Origin: an uncultured Dysgonomonadaceae bacterium
Lineage (GTDB): Bacteria; Bacteroidota; Bacteroidia; Bacteroidales; Dysgonomonadaceae
Direction: 5' to 3'
DNA: 64,000 nucleotides
Assembly (NCBI GenBank): GCA_964640575.1
Contig: CAZXGV010000001.1
Span: 6,815 to 70,814, forward strand
Shown here: positions 36,781 to 46,240 of the stretch, piece by piece
Layout: each line of letters opens with the position of its first letter
Position numbering within the stretch: the first letter of the stretch is position 1
The notes under the pieces: model-generated
Database searches by the model: none
The model's input: the letters and a program-made list of their open reading frames with translations, nothing else
What the model was told of the DNA's origin: nothing
Program-made: the position numbers and the translations under genes

Positions 36781-37512
36781 CTACATCGATTCATCATCCT
36801 TTTTTCTCATTCGCTGCTGTACCTTTTCCACATATTTTTGCATCAGTGTGTTCAGAAGTAGTTTTATTTCTTCATATTTCTCCTCTCCCTCCACAATGGC
36901 TAACGCATTTATTAATTCCATCAATTCCAAAAAATCTTTTTGAGCATCCATTCGTGCACTTTTTGTTACACCTGGCACAAAATTGGCTCTAAATTTGTTG
37001 CGAGCATCTAGTTCATCTAAAAAAACCGAGTTGTTCATTTCCAAAGCTTGCACAGCATCGGTCAGGTTGAGGGTGGCTATGTGTTGTTTTGGCAAGTTTC
37101 TCGATAATTCTTGCAATAGATTGATGATGATTGCCGTTTTGCTGTCTTGGGGTTTACGAGCTATTTCTCGACCACTTCCATACGATTTGAAAATAGTGAG
37201 TAAATAGTTGGAAGCATCTTGCTTTTCGGGGGAGTATTTGTAATTTTTGTAAGTATGCAACACCTTATACATAGTGCGAATGGCATAATTGCATTCCTTT
37301 TCCGCTTCAATCAATTGATTAATGTCGGGACGTCGCTCTTGCACAATCTCTATGTCATAAATCTCGAATGATGCATGTGTTTGCGATAGCTTTTCGATGA
37401 AAGAATCGGGCATATTTGCCGACTTTTCTTCCATTAACGACAATGCAGCCGCTGTCAGTTGGAAAAACTCCCACCGATTGAGTCGTTCAAGGGTGTACTG
37501 GGGTATATTCAT
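36781..37512 (-). CDS. hypothetical, predicted all-helical cytoplasmic protein (243 aa)
   Basis: ORF 36781..37548 with the likely start at MNIPQYTLERLNRWEFFQL (37512), 34 nt downstream of a -7 box. There is no signal peptide or TM segment. I cannot confidently name a family. Confidence 0.65.
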   Translation of the reverse strand: MNIPQYTLERLNRWEFFQLTAAALSLMEEKSANMPDSFIEKLSQTHASFEIYDIEIVQERRPDINQLIEAEKECNYAIRTMYKVLHTYKNYKYSPEKQDASNYLLTIFKSYGSGREIARKPQDSKTAIIINLLQELSRNLPKQHIATLNLTDAVQALEMNNSVFLDELDARNKFRANFVPGVTKSARMDAQKDFLELMELINALAIVEGEEKYEEIKLLLNTLMQKYVEKVQQRMRKKDDESM

Positions 37513-37545
37513 GTCATAGTTGTTTTGAAATGTATGAATCTGACA

Positions 37546-37553
37546 CAAATATA
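37546..37553 (-). promoter_or_regulatory. candidate -7 promoter box for the 243-aa hypothetical gene
   Basis: The plus strand reads CAAATATA, which is TATATTTG on the minus strand (TAnnTTTG). A CAAA (TTTG on the minus strand) sits at about 37578-37581 in the expected -33 position. It overlaps the palindrome TGTGACA-N6-TGTCACA (37573-37592). Confidence 0.4.
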
Positions 37554-37598
37554 ACCATTAATTTAGAAAGAATGTGACAAAACTGTGTCACATTGCAC

Positions 37599-37910
37599 CT
37601 TTGTCACGCGACAAAGCACCATTGTGCAATAACATTACAACTTTGTCACGCGACAAAGCAGTGTTGCAACTTCATATTACACCTTTGTCACCTGACAAAG
37701 TAGTGTTCTGCTATAATAATATGCCTTTGTCACCTGACAAAGTAGTGTTGTGCTCTAACATCATGCTTTTGTCACCTGACAAAGCAGTGTTGTGATTCAA
37801 CATTATTGCTTTGCCACCTGACAAAGTATGCTTGCGATATAACATTGCTCCTTTGTCATCTGTCAAAGCTACAATGTGCTATCACAACGGTGTAATGTCA
37901 ACTGGCAGAG
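37599..37910. repeat. tandem array of 7 good copies plus 1 degenerate copy of a 42-bp unit, each carrying the 18-bp palindrome CTTTGTCAC(C/G)(T/C)GACAAAG
   Basis: The palindromes start at 37599, 37641, 37683, 37725, 37767, 37809 and 37851, with a degenerate copy (13/18) at 37893. The period is exactly 42 bp every time. The stems CTTTGTC and GACAAAG are almost invariant, while the 24-nt linkers are only loosely similar (AGTGTTG..AACAT). Confidence 0.95.
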
Positions 37911-38110
37911 CATCTAAATTGAACAGTATTGGTTGTTTTCTGCGTTAAAATAGTGCATTGTGTCAATATGTTGCTTTTGCCCAGCGCTTTTTAAGCATTA
38001 TGTTGAGAAGTAAGTCATCAATTTTGATTTGGCGAGCGGGCATTTGTGAAAGCGAAAGCAGAAAAGAGCAATCAATGGTACTCGTTTTACAATTGGGCTT
38101 CCCCCACCAT

Positions 38111-38890
38111 CTAATTCCTCTCACTTGCTCTTACTTTGTTCGCCTTTTTGAGTTTTGCAAATTCATCTTTTGCTTTTTTCAATTGTTTCGAAAAGGCTTT
38201 GTCAGCATGCAGTCTTGCCACCACGGCACTTGCCACAAGACGGGCAGCATCCACATCACTCTGATAGTGGTATCCGCAGATTACTCTACTTTGCCCTATT
38301 TCGAATCCGCGTTCCAATATTTCATTCTGTCTGTCTGGGTTTATTTCGCACAACACGAGAGCCGAAGCCCAGCCAATGGAAGTGTGTCCAGAAGGGTAGG
38401 AGCCATTGGTAGAAAGTCCTTTTTCGTGATGAGGTGTGCAGGTTGGTTCTTCAAAAAAACTAAACGGGCGAACACGCATATAGTGCTGCTTGGCATCGCG
38501 AGTAGCCAAATCTCCTGCATCTTCAATCATGTTTGTGAGCAATTTGTAAATGTGTGGTGTTTTCTCTTTGGTTATATGTGTGCCAAAAGATTCGGAGAAT
38601 GCTTCCGAAATGCCATTGCCTCCTAGGGAAGCATCGCGTACAGCTTGTTCGCCTCTTGGTGTGTTTCTTATCATTTTGCCCATTTCGTATTGAGCTTTGT
38701 CATACAAAAACAGGATGTCGGTAGGTTGGGGCGGTGGGGGCAATAGGTCTAAGCTATTGGCAACATCTGTGTCTTGTAGATAATATAAATCGGGTCTTGT
38801 TCTTCTGTCTTTTATTTTTTTCTCTTGTGCAGTAGTGCTGAAGGAGATTAGTGTAGAGAGAATGATAACTAATGTAAATCTTATTTTCAT
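38111..38890 (-). CDS. secreted class A (PAP2-type) non-specific acid phosphatase
   Basis: It has a signal peptide and the three PAP2 motifs [13 protein letters not shown] and [14 protein letters not shown]. Confidence 0.88.
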   Translation of the reverse strand: MKIRFTLVIILSTLISFSTTAQEKKIKDRRTRPDLYYLQDTDVANSLDLLPPPPQPTDILFLYDKAQYEMGKMIRNTPRGEQAVRDASLGGNGISEAFSESFGTHITKEKTPHIYKLLTNMIEDAGDLATRDAKQHYMRVRPFSFFEEPTCTPHHEKGLSTNGSYPSGHTSIGWASALVLCEINPDRQNEILERGFEIGQSRVICGYHYQSDVDAARLVASAVVARLHADKAFSKQLKKAKDEFAKLKKANKVRASERN

Positions 38891-39025
38891 CGTAATTTGA
38901 ATTGTTTAATTGTTGATATAAATAGTTTGTTTTTTTGTTATGTAAATTAATTATTGATTCTGCTCCCGAAGGCACTGGTCAGAGACAGCACCAGCAGTTT
39001 CGTGTTGTTAGAGAGAGTGCATTCA

Positions 39026-40399
39026 TTATTCGATATCTTCATAAGCTAAGATGGCTTGGTCAAATCTGCCAACCACATCGCTAAATTTGTAAAGACCAAA
39101 TTCGTTTGTTGACACGCCCGATAATTTCAAAGAGTAGCTCGCCGGAGGATTGCTCAGCGTCAACATCTCTAAATGTCTGAGTTGGTTTGTTGTTTGATAC
39201 ACTAAATTGATAGAGACATACTCCTCTTTTGTCTGTTTGTCTTGCCATTTTTCAAAAACAAGTTTGCTTCCAATAGGGGTTTTCTTCTCAATTGTATTGG
39301 GCAGTGAGTACTCTTCTATTCCCAGAGCACTCGTTATGGAGGCAATGTTTGAATCGTGTCCCACAAGGAAGGTGAATTTTCTGTGTTTCGATTGTAGCTC
39401 ATCTTTCATATACATCAATAAGGGATGTGCAACATTAACCGCCACTATTGGAGCTGAAAAAAGCATGTCTCCATACACATCTTTCACTCTCGATATATTT
39501 TCCCAATCTTTTAGCGATAAATCGTGACCAAATGCAGCTTCTTTATCATTCGCTACTTCAAAGTATTGTAAAATAAGGGCATCAGCTATCGTATTTGCTG
39601 TTTTCAACGAGCCTGCAAGGTTGGGTTCTTCTCCAAGTTTAAATATCAATTGTGTATTGTAGTCATCAAAAGAGCTGTATTTACTATCCTCTTTGCTAGC
39701 AGCAGAGTTTTTCATGTTTGTAATTTTCTCGATGATGGCATACGATGGTTTCAATGATTCATTGATGCCTACAATGCCTCTCTCACCACCCATGGCTCCA
39801 ATTTCTGTCATAGCTTGTTGTTTGAAAGCTTCGCTCACTTTGGTTAAACGAGGAAAAAAGAGAGGGTCCATTTTACTCGACGAGAATCGGTGGTGAAAAT
39901 TTTGGTTACAGGTTGGTAAAAAACCAGCCTGAAAGTATTCGGCTGTAGCAATAGTGCGTTGCATGCTGTTGGCGTAGATGTTTACTTCATCGGTGCTAGG
40001 ACAATGACCCTCTTCAAACAGACCTTCATCTTCCAACCATTTTCTGAAATACTGTCCCATCATGGTTTCCAGCACACCCCCTTTGAGGGTCAGTTCACTA
40101 GCATTGGCTGTCCAGTCAGTCCACTCGTGTGTGGTTATCTTTCCTAATATACTATTCTTTCCAGACAAGGGAGCTCTAATGTTGTGTCTGCTTAGCACAA
40201 CAACTTCAGTCAGTGCATACTTTTCTTTGAATTGAGCCGATTTTTCGGTCTGAGCTGATAAGGAAACAGCCGATAGTGTCATTATAAAAAAGAGAAGCAC
40301 TGCAGTTAGGGAGTATCTGTTTGTCCTTTCCTTGCTCAGCAATTTATTTTCTGTTTTGGAGTTCATTGTGATGGTTTTTAAAATAAACATTGAATTCAA
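39026..40399 (-). CDS. secreted histidine acid phosphatase (AppA/Agp-like, possible phytase or sugar-phosphatase)
   Basis: 457 aa with a signal or TM segment. It has the catalytic RHG-type motif LSRHNIRAP and the C-terminal HD motif LVGHDSNI. The start could instead be the internal MNSKTENK (40366). Confidence 0.8.
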   Translation of the reverse strand: MNSMFILKTITMNSKTENKLLSKERTNRYSLTAVLLFFIMTLSAVSLSAQTEKSAQFKEKYALTEVVVLSRHNIRAPLSGKNSILGKITTHEWTDWTANASELTLKGGVLETMMGQYFRKWLEDEGLFEEGHCPSTDEVNIYANSMQRTIATAEYFQAGFLPTCNQNFHHRFSSSKMDPLFFPRLTKVSEAFKQQAMTEIGAMGGERGIVGINESLKPSYAIIEKITNMKNSAASKEDSKYSSFDDYNTQLIFKLGEEPNLAGSLKTANTIADALILQYFEVANDKEAAFGHDLSLKDWENISRVKDVYGDMLFSAPIVAVNVAHPLLMYMKDELQSKHRKFTFLVGHDSNIASITSALGIEEYSLPNTIEKKTPIGSKLVFEKWQDKQTKEEYVSINLVYQTTNQLRHLEMLTLSNPPASYSLKLSGVSTNEFGLYKFSDVVGRFDQAILAYEDIE

Positions 40400-40523
40400 T
40401 CAAACTCTACTTTGATTAAATAATTGGATAAAAAACGTTGTTTTGGATACCAAAGATATAAACTTTTGAAGGCAATTCACAATCAATCTTATTCTTTTGG
40501 GTAAACACTACCGCCTCACACCC

Positions 40524-40565
40524 AAAAAAAGCTACCTCCATATATCAATAGAGGCAGCTTTTTTT
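40524..40565 (-). terminator. bidirectional-looking terminator after the EF-G paralogue
   Basis: A7, GCTACCTC, a 12-nt loop, GAGGCAGC (one mismatch), then T7. On the minus strand the hairpin is followed by TTTTTTT. Confidence 0.6.
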
Positions 40566-40608
40566 GATTGTTTGAAAAACTGCAAGACTTTTTTTTTGAA
40601 TCGATAGA

Positions 40609-42765
40609 TTAGTCTTTGTCTTTGCTTTCTTCGTATTCTTTCAATAGCTTCTCTTGAATATCAGCTTGCAGCAATTCGTAGCTCGCCAGTTTCATAGAGA
40701 ATGATCCGCGACCTCCTGTAATAGAGCTCAGCGATGTAGAATAGTTAGACAATTCTGCTAATGGAACTTTTGCCTTAATCTTTTCGAATCCAGCTTCGCT
40801 GTCCATTCCCATTATCATTGCCCGTCTGCCTTGTAAGTCGCTCATAACATCACCCATAAAGTCAGCCGGTACCGACACAGTTAAATCGTATACAGGTTCA
40901 AGAATCTTTGGTCCTGCATTTCTAAATGCGGTGCTAAATGCGTTGCGTCCAGCAAGCATAAACGAAATCTCGTTAGAGTCAACTGCGTGCATCTTCCCAT
41001 CATACACAATCACGCGCACATCGCGAGCATACGACCCTGTGAGTGGTCCTTGTTCCATGCGTTCTGTTATTCCTTTTAATATGGCGGGTAGGAAGCGCGT
41101 ATCTATAGCACCCCCTACAATGCTATTGATGAATACTAATTTTCCACCCCAATCAAGGTCTATAACTTGTGTGTCGCGCACTTGTATTTTAATTTCTTGA
41201 CCATTGAACTTATATATCGGAGGTACAGGTTCGCCTTCTACGTAAGGTTCTACAATTAATTGTACTTCTCCAAACTGTCCAGCACCACCAGATTGTTTTT
41301 TATGTCTATATTCTGCACGGGCAGTTTTGGTAATAGTTTCGCGATAAGGAATTTTGGGTTCAATAAACTCCACTTCTATTTTATCATTGTTCTCCAATCT
41401 CCATTTCAAGGTTCTTAAATGAAATTCGCCTTGTCCCGATACTATTGTTTGCTTCAATTCCTTAGACACCTCCACTACCCATGTTGGGTCTTCTTGGCGC
41501 ATTAGGTTAAGTGCTTCGCTCATTTTTTCAGAGTCTGATTCATTCAAGGGTCTAATTGCACGGCGATAGCGAGGTTCAGGATATTGTATGAGGTCAAACT
41601 TTTGTTCAATTCCTCTTTCATTCAGAGTATTGCCAGTCCTCACATTTTTAAGTTTCACAGCGGCACCAATGTCACCAGCTTCTAGCTCTACCACCTTTGT
41701 GCGTAGTTGTCCAGCAACCGAATATATTTGTCCGAGTCTCTCCCTCGATTGACGATTGACATTCATTAGGTCGTCGCCCTCTTTCAATCTTCCAGACATT
41801 ACTTTAAAATAAGAAACCTCTCCAATGTGTGGTTCAATGGTTGTTTTGAAAAAGAAAAGACTAGTGGGTGCTTCCGAGTCAGGTTTCACCTCTTCGGCAT
41901 CGGTGTTGAGGGGCGCATCCATTTCATCGGGTGAAGGTGCAACAACACTCAAGAAGTTCATCACGCGGTGCACAGCCATGTTTTTCTCTGCCGAGGTGCA
42001 AAAAACTGGGAATAGGTCACGATTAATCATCCCTATTTGGATACCATCTCGCATTTCCTCTTCGGTTAAAGTGCCTTTGTCGAAATATTTCTCCATCAAG
42101 TCTTCATCATTTTCAGCTGCCGCTTCCAATAGTGCTTGGTAGTACTCTTCTGCTCTTTCTTGTTCGCTTTCAGGAATTTCCAATACTTCGGGAGCAGTTG
42201 CGCCAGGAGCCCATTTATACATTTTTCGTTTCAGCACATCGATGATGGCGTCAAACGAAGTCCCGCTTGTGATAGGATATTGTACAGGTACTACTTTGTT
42301 TCCAAATACTTCTTTTAAGTTGGTTAGGGAGTTTTCATAGTCTGCTTTTTCATGGTCAAGCTGGTTAATTACAAATACCACAGGTGCATTAAGCTTTTCT
42401 GTATATCTGAACTGATTCATCGTCCCAACTTCTACTCCATTTGATGCATCAATCAACATCAGAGCCATGTCTGATACATTTAGAGCTGAAATAACGCCTC
42501 CGACAAAGTCGTCTGATCCAGGACAATCTATAAAGTTCATTTTTTTCTCTTTCCACTCAATGGAAAGCAGTGTTGAAAACACAGAATATTCGTATTCTTT
42601 TTCTACTGCATTGTAGTCACTTACAGTATTTCCGGCATCAATGGTGCCACGTCGACTTATAAGACCACTCTCGAAAAGGATTGCCTCGGCGAAAGTGGTC
42701 TTACCTGTTCCTGAACCGCCAAGGATGGCAATGTTCTTAACATTATTGGTTTTATAGACTTTCAT
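40609..42765 (-). CDS. elongation factor G paralogue with degenerate GTPase motifs (EF-G2 type)
   Basis: 718 aa with the full EF-G five-domain length. G1 is GGSGTGKTT and G3 is DCPGSDDF (canonical DTPGHVDF). G4 is NQLD (canonical NKMD). The switch-I RGITI segment is replaced by EYEYSVFS. Confidence 0.85.
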   Translation of the reverse strand: MKVYKTNNVKNIAILGGSGTGKTTFAEAILFESGLISRRGTIDAGNTVSDYNAVEKEYEYSVFSTLLSIEWKEKKMNFIDCPGSDDFVGGVISALNVSDMALMLIDASNGVEVGTMNQFRYTEKLNAPVVFVINQLDHEKADYENSLTNLKEVFGNKVVPVQYPITSGTSFDAIIDVLKRKMYKWAPGATAPEVLEIPESEQERAEEYYQALLEAAAENDEDLMEKYFDKGTLTEEEMRDGIQIGMINRDLFPVFCTSAEKNMAVHRVMNFLSVVAPSPDEMDAPLNTDAEEVKPDSEAPTSLFFFKTTIEPHIGEVSYFKVMSGRLKEGDDLMNVNRQSRERLGQIYSVAGQLRTKVVELEAGDIGAAVKLKNVRTGNTLNERGIEQKFDLIQYPEPRYRRAIRPLNESDSEKMSEALNLMRQEDPTWVVEVSKELKQTIVSGQGEFHLRTLKWRLENNDKIEVEFIEPKIPYRETITKTARAEYRHKKQSGGAGQFGEVQLIVEPYVEGEPVPPIYKFNGQEIKIQVRDTQVIDLDWGGKLVFINSIVGGAIDTRFLPAILKGITERMEQGPLTGSYARDVRVIVYDGKMHAVDSNEISFMLAGRNAFSTAFRNAGPKILEPVYDLTVSVPADFMGDVMSDLQGRRAMIMGMDSEAGFEKIKAKVPLAELSNYSTSLSSITGGRGSFSMKLASYELLQADIQEKLLKEYEESKDKD

Positions 42766-43039
42766 GTGTTAAAGAATTTATATAATAATTATTATGAAAC
42801 TGCATGCTAAAAAGACTTTGCTTTAACAGGAAAACCCTCCCTTATTTCTAAAGCTTGCGCAAGTTATCAAAAACAATTGAAAACCTTGCTTTGGCAATAC
42901 ATGTTATAAAACATATAATTGTCTTGAAATGATTCTTCGATAAATTGAGAATTCATTGAAACATTAATGATAAATTAGTTGTTTAGATTAAATTGAAATT
43001 AGCAACAGCCTCATTTATCTTCATATTAATTAATAGTAG

Positions 43040-45724
43040 ATGGAACAATTTTACAGGTATTCAATCAAAGAAGTAGAGCGTGAAATGAATGTTGCGCTTG
43101 ATAGCGGGCTATCGTCCAGCGAGGTTGAGAAGCGACTCATAGAGTTTGGCGAAAATCGTTTGACATCGAAAAAGAAGAAGTCATTGTTGGCATTGTTTTT
43201 TGAGCAGTTCAAAAGCTTCATGGTGTTGATATTGTTGATAGCAGCGGCAGTTTCTGGTGTCATTGGCGTGATTCATGGTGAGGGCTTGCTCGACACATAT
43301 ATTATATTGGGTATCCTGGTGGTGAATGCCATCATCGGTTTGGTGCAAGAGCGAAATGCAGAATCCTCATTAGAGGCATTGAGCAAAATGAGCTCACCCC
43401 ACTCCAAAGTGTTTAGAAATGGAGAGGTGACTGAAGTTTCTGCAGTTGATATTGTACCAGGGGATATTGTAGTGCTTGATACGGGGGATATTATTCCGGC
43501 TGATTTAAGGTTGATAGAAACATCAAACCTCAAAATACAAGAGTCATCACTAACAGGAGAGTCTATACCAGTGCTTAAAAATACAGAACAGTTAGTGGGT
43601 GATAACATTCCTCTGGGCGACAGAGAAAATATGGCTTTCTCCACCGGAATGGTCACTTATGGAAGAGGGCGAGGCATTGTCGTTGCCACTGGAATGCAAA
43701 CTGAGGTGGGTAAGATTGCCGATATGTTGCAACATACCGAATCTACAGAAACGCCCATGAAAAGACGCTTAGAAGAACTGGGTAAGATATTGGGATATGC
43801 AGCACTTGCCATTTGTGCGTTGATATTTGTGGTGGGTATTTTATATGGCAATGATGTGTTAGATATGTTCATGATGGCTGTTAGTTTGGCTGTTGCAGCA
43901 ATTCCTGAAGGATTGCAAGTTATTTCGACAGTGGTTTTAGCAATGGGTGTAAAGCGTTTGGTTAAATCAAACGCCATTGTGCGCACATTGCCATCAGTAG
44001 AGTCATTGGGGAGCGCCACGGTTATCTGTTCCGATAAAACAGGCACACTCACACAAAATAAAATGACAGTCGTGGAGGGATGGACAACTGCTGGTGAGGT
44101 TGACTTTAAGGGTGGCTCACAATCTGAATTGTCATTTGAAAAGATGAACGAACAGGAAAGAACACTTCTTATGTCGGGGTTGCTTTGCACTGATGCTCAT
44201 TTAAAATTGCTACCCGACGGCACGGCTGAGAATAGTGGAGATCCTACTGAAACAGCCATTGTGAATCTTGCTTTGCTATATGGAGTAAACAAAAATGAGG
44301 TTGAAGAGAAATATAAGCGTATCGACGAAGTCCCCTTCGACTCGGACAGAAAAAGAATGGCTACAATCAATAAACATCCCAACGGAACTTTGATTGTAAA
44401 TGTGAAAGGTGGTTTGGACGAGGTGTTGAGTGTTACTTCAAAGATACTTGTTGATGGCGATGTGCGTGCTATAACTGGTGTTGATATTGAGAACATAACA
44501 GAACAAAATAACAACATGGCGCAAAGAGCACTGCGTGTCTTGGCAGTAGCTCAAAAAGGAATTAGCGAAGTTCCATCAGAAGTGAATGCTGAATCTATTG
44601 AAACTGACCTCATCTTCATCGGTCTGTTAGGGATGATTGACCCTGCACGACCCGAAGTGATTGAGGCTGTAAAGAAATGTCGTACAGCGGGCATTCGACC
44701 CATTATGATAACGGGCGATCATAAAGTAACGGCTGTTGCTATTGCCGAGGAGATTGGTATGTTTGACGAAGGTGATGAAGCTCTTACTGGTTCAGAGCTT
44801 GAGAAAATAAGCGATGATCAACTATTCAAAGATGTGCATAGATATTCAGTGTATGCGCGTGTCGCACCCGAGCACAAAGTGCGCATTGTGAAAGCGTGGC
44901 AATCGCATGGTGAAGTGGTATCTATGACAGGTGATGGGGTGAATGATGCTCCCGCACTAAAGCAAGCCGATATTGGTACTGCCATGGGAATTGTGGGCAC
45001 TGAAGTGGCAAAAGATGCTTCCGATATAATTTTGACCGATGACAATTTTGCAACCATAGTTTCAGCAGTAGAGGAGGGGAGACGTATATATGACAACATG
45101 TTGAAATCGATTCAGTTTTTGCTTTCATCAAATGTGGGCGAAGTATTAGTCATTTTTATTGCCTCCATCTTTAATTTAGGAAATCCGCTCTTACCAATCC
45201 ATATTCTTTGGATTAACTTGGTGACAGACAGCTTGCCTGCATTGGCTTTAAGTGTCGATCCTGCAGAGAAAGATATTATGACGCGTAATCCGCGTGATAC
45301 ACGACAAGGTTTTTTCTCAAAAGGAATGACTTGGCGTATTGCTTACCAAGGTGTAATCATTGGATTGATTTCACTTTTTGCATATTTGTTGGGTCGTCAC
45401 GACGGAGGACAACAATTGGGACAAACCATGGCATTTGCTGTGTTGGCTTTTGCACAATTGTTTCATGTGCGCAATTTGCATTCAAACAGGCTCTCTTCGT
45501 TCCAAACAAGCATATTCAAAAACAAAGCACTTATAGGAGCCATCCTTATCTCCGCAGTCATGATGTTGGTGATTCTTCTTTATCCTCCATTTATGAAAGC
45601 GTTCAAATTGGTTGAAATGGATTCAATTCATTGGTTGTATGTTTTAGGATTATCATGGGTGCCTATTGTAGTAGTCGAGGTGTTCAAACTATTCAATATT
45701 AACAGCTTCAAAGATGAGTATTAA
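43040..45724 (+). CDS. P-type cation-transporting ATPase, P2 (Ca2+-type)
   Basis: 894 aa. Motifs include TGES, AIPEGL, the phosphorylation site CSDKTGTLT, MITGDH and TGDGVNDAPAL. There are about 10 TM segments. Confidence 0.88.
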   Translation: MEQFYRYSIKEVEREMNVALDSGLSSSEVEKRLIEFGENRLTSKKKKSLLALFFEQFKSFMVLILLIAAAVSGVIGVIHGEGLLDTYIILGILVVNAIIGLVQERNAESSLEALSKMSSPHSKVFRNGEVTEVSAVDIVPGDIVVLDTGDIIPADLRLIETSNLKIQESSLTGESIPVLKNTEQLVGDNIPLGDRENMAFSTGMVTYGRGRGIVVATGMQTEVGKIADMLQHTESTETPMKRRLEELGKILGYAALAICALIFVVGILYGNDVLDMFMMAVSLAVAAIPEGLQVISTVVLAMGVKRLVKSNAIVRTLPSVESLGSATVICSDKTGTLTQNKMTVVEGWTTAGEVDFKGGSQSELSFEKMNEQERTLLMSGLLCTDAHLKLLPDGTAENSGDPTETAIVNLALLYGVNKNEVEEKYKRIDEVPFDSDRKRMATINKHPNGTLIVNVKGGLDEVLSVTSKILVDGDVRAITGVDIENITEQNNNMAQRALRVLAVAQKGISEVPSEVNAESIETDLIFIGLLGMIDPARPEVIEAVKKCRTAGIRPIMITGDHKVTAVAIAEEIGMFDEGDEALTGSELEKISDDQLFKDVHRYSVYARVAPEHKVRIVKAWQSHGEVVSMTGDGVNDAPALKQADIGTAMGIVGTEVAKDASDIILTDDNFATIVSAVEEGRRIYDNMLKSIQFLLSSNVGEVLVIFIASIFNLGNPLLPIHILWINLVTDSLPALALSVDPAEKDIMTRNPRDTRQGFFSKGMTWRIAYQGVIIGLISLFAYLLGRHDGGQQLGQTMAFAVLAFAQLFHVRNLHSNRLSSFQTSIFKNKALIGAILISAVMMLVILLYPPFMKAFKLVEMDSIHWLYVLGLSWVPIVVVEVFKLFNINSFKDEY

Positions 45725-45986
45725 TCAATCCTGACGATGATGCTTTCGGATACAAAGACGAAAGTACTGCAAGCTTTGACAGAAGATGTAATTAAGAAAG
45801 TGAATAATTAGTAAAAATGATTTTTAAGCAATCTTTGTTTGCTCATTATTTCATTTTTTGTGTAATAAATGATTTATTTTTGTATTTTTGCAGCTTATAA
45901 TATCACTCTGGTGTTTAAATAGCCCTATTTCTTTCATTTTGGTCTTAGATGGGTTATCTTTTATTGGAGTAAAAAAACAGTTGGAT

Positions 45987-46226
45987 ATGGAAAATATGAA
46001 TCAGGCGTTAAGTCTTTTGTTGGTGGGGATGATTATGGTTTTACTCATCCTCTTTTTGGTTGTAGCAATAGGTAATCTTGTGATTCGGCTCACCAACCGC
46101 TACGTAACAGTTGAAGAAGGAGAAGCCATAAAGAGCATAAATCCTAAAAAGATGGCTGTTATTGCAGCAGTAGTCGATATGGTTACTCGGGGCGAAGGAA
46201 GAGTGAATTCAGTACAGAAAAAATAA
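45987..46226 (+). CDS. oadG: Na+-translocating decarboxylase gamma subunit (OadG-like)
   Basis: 79 aa from MENMNQALSLLLVGMIMVLLILFLVVAIG, with a single N-terminal TM helix. It sits directly upstream of the alpha and beta subunits. The upstream part of the track ORF (45888) is probably not translated. Confidence 0.7.
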   Translation: MENMNQALSLLLVGMIMVLLILFLVVAIGNLVIRLTNRYVTVEEGEAIKSINPKKMAVIAAVVDMVTRGEGRVNSVQKK

Positions 46227-46240
46227 AACAAAAAAAGTAT

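Noticed and set aside
37574-37795. The 73-aa plus-strand ORF (..PLSRDKA..PLSPDKVV..) as a repeat protein
   Set aside because: The frame stays open only because the repeat length (42) is a multiple of 3. Conservation follows a perfect DNA palindrome at all codon positions, and the linkers drift without regard to the reading frame. There is no start context or promoter in this orientation.
37599-37910. The palindromic repeat array as a CRISPR locus
   Set aside because: The period is only 42 bp, with an 18-25 bp conserved core and about 20-bp linkers. The linkers are themselves related to each other (AGTGTTG..AACAT) rather than unique spacers. No cas genes or leader are nearby.
37958-38626. The 222-aa plus-strand ORF overlapping the class A acid phosphatase
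   Set aside because: The opposite strand encodes a protein with all three PAP2 motifs and a signal peptide. The plus-strand translation is Cys/Phe-rich with no recognisable domain.
40609-42765. The EF-G-like gene as a Tet(Q)/Tet(M)-type ribosomal protection protein
   Set aside because: Ribosomal protection proteins are about 640 aa and keep canonical GTPase motifs (DAGKTT, DTPGH). This protein is 718 aa with degenerate G2, G3 and G4 motifs typical of the EF-G2 paralogue.
43273-44517. The minus-strand ORFs (127, 177 and 106 aa) inside the P-type ATPase gene
   Set aside because: They are antisense shadows of a gene with all P-type ATPase signature motifs, and they have no independent support.
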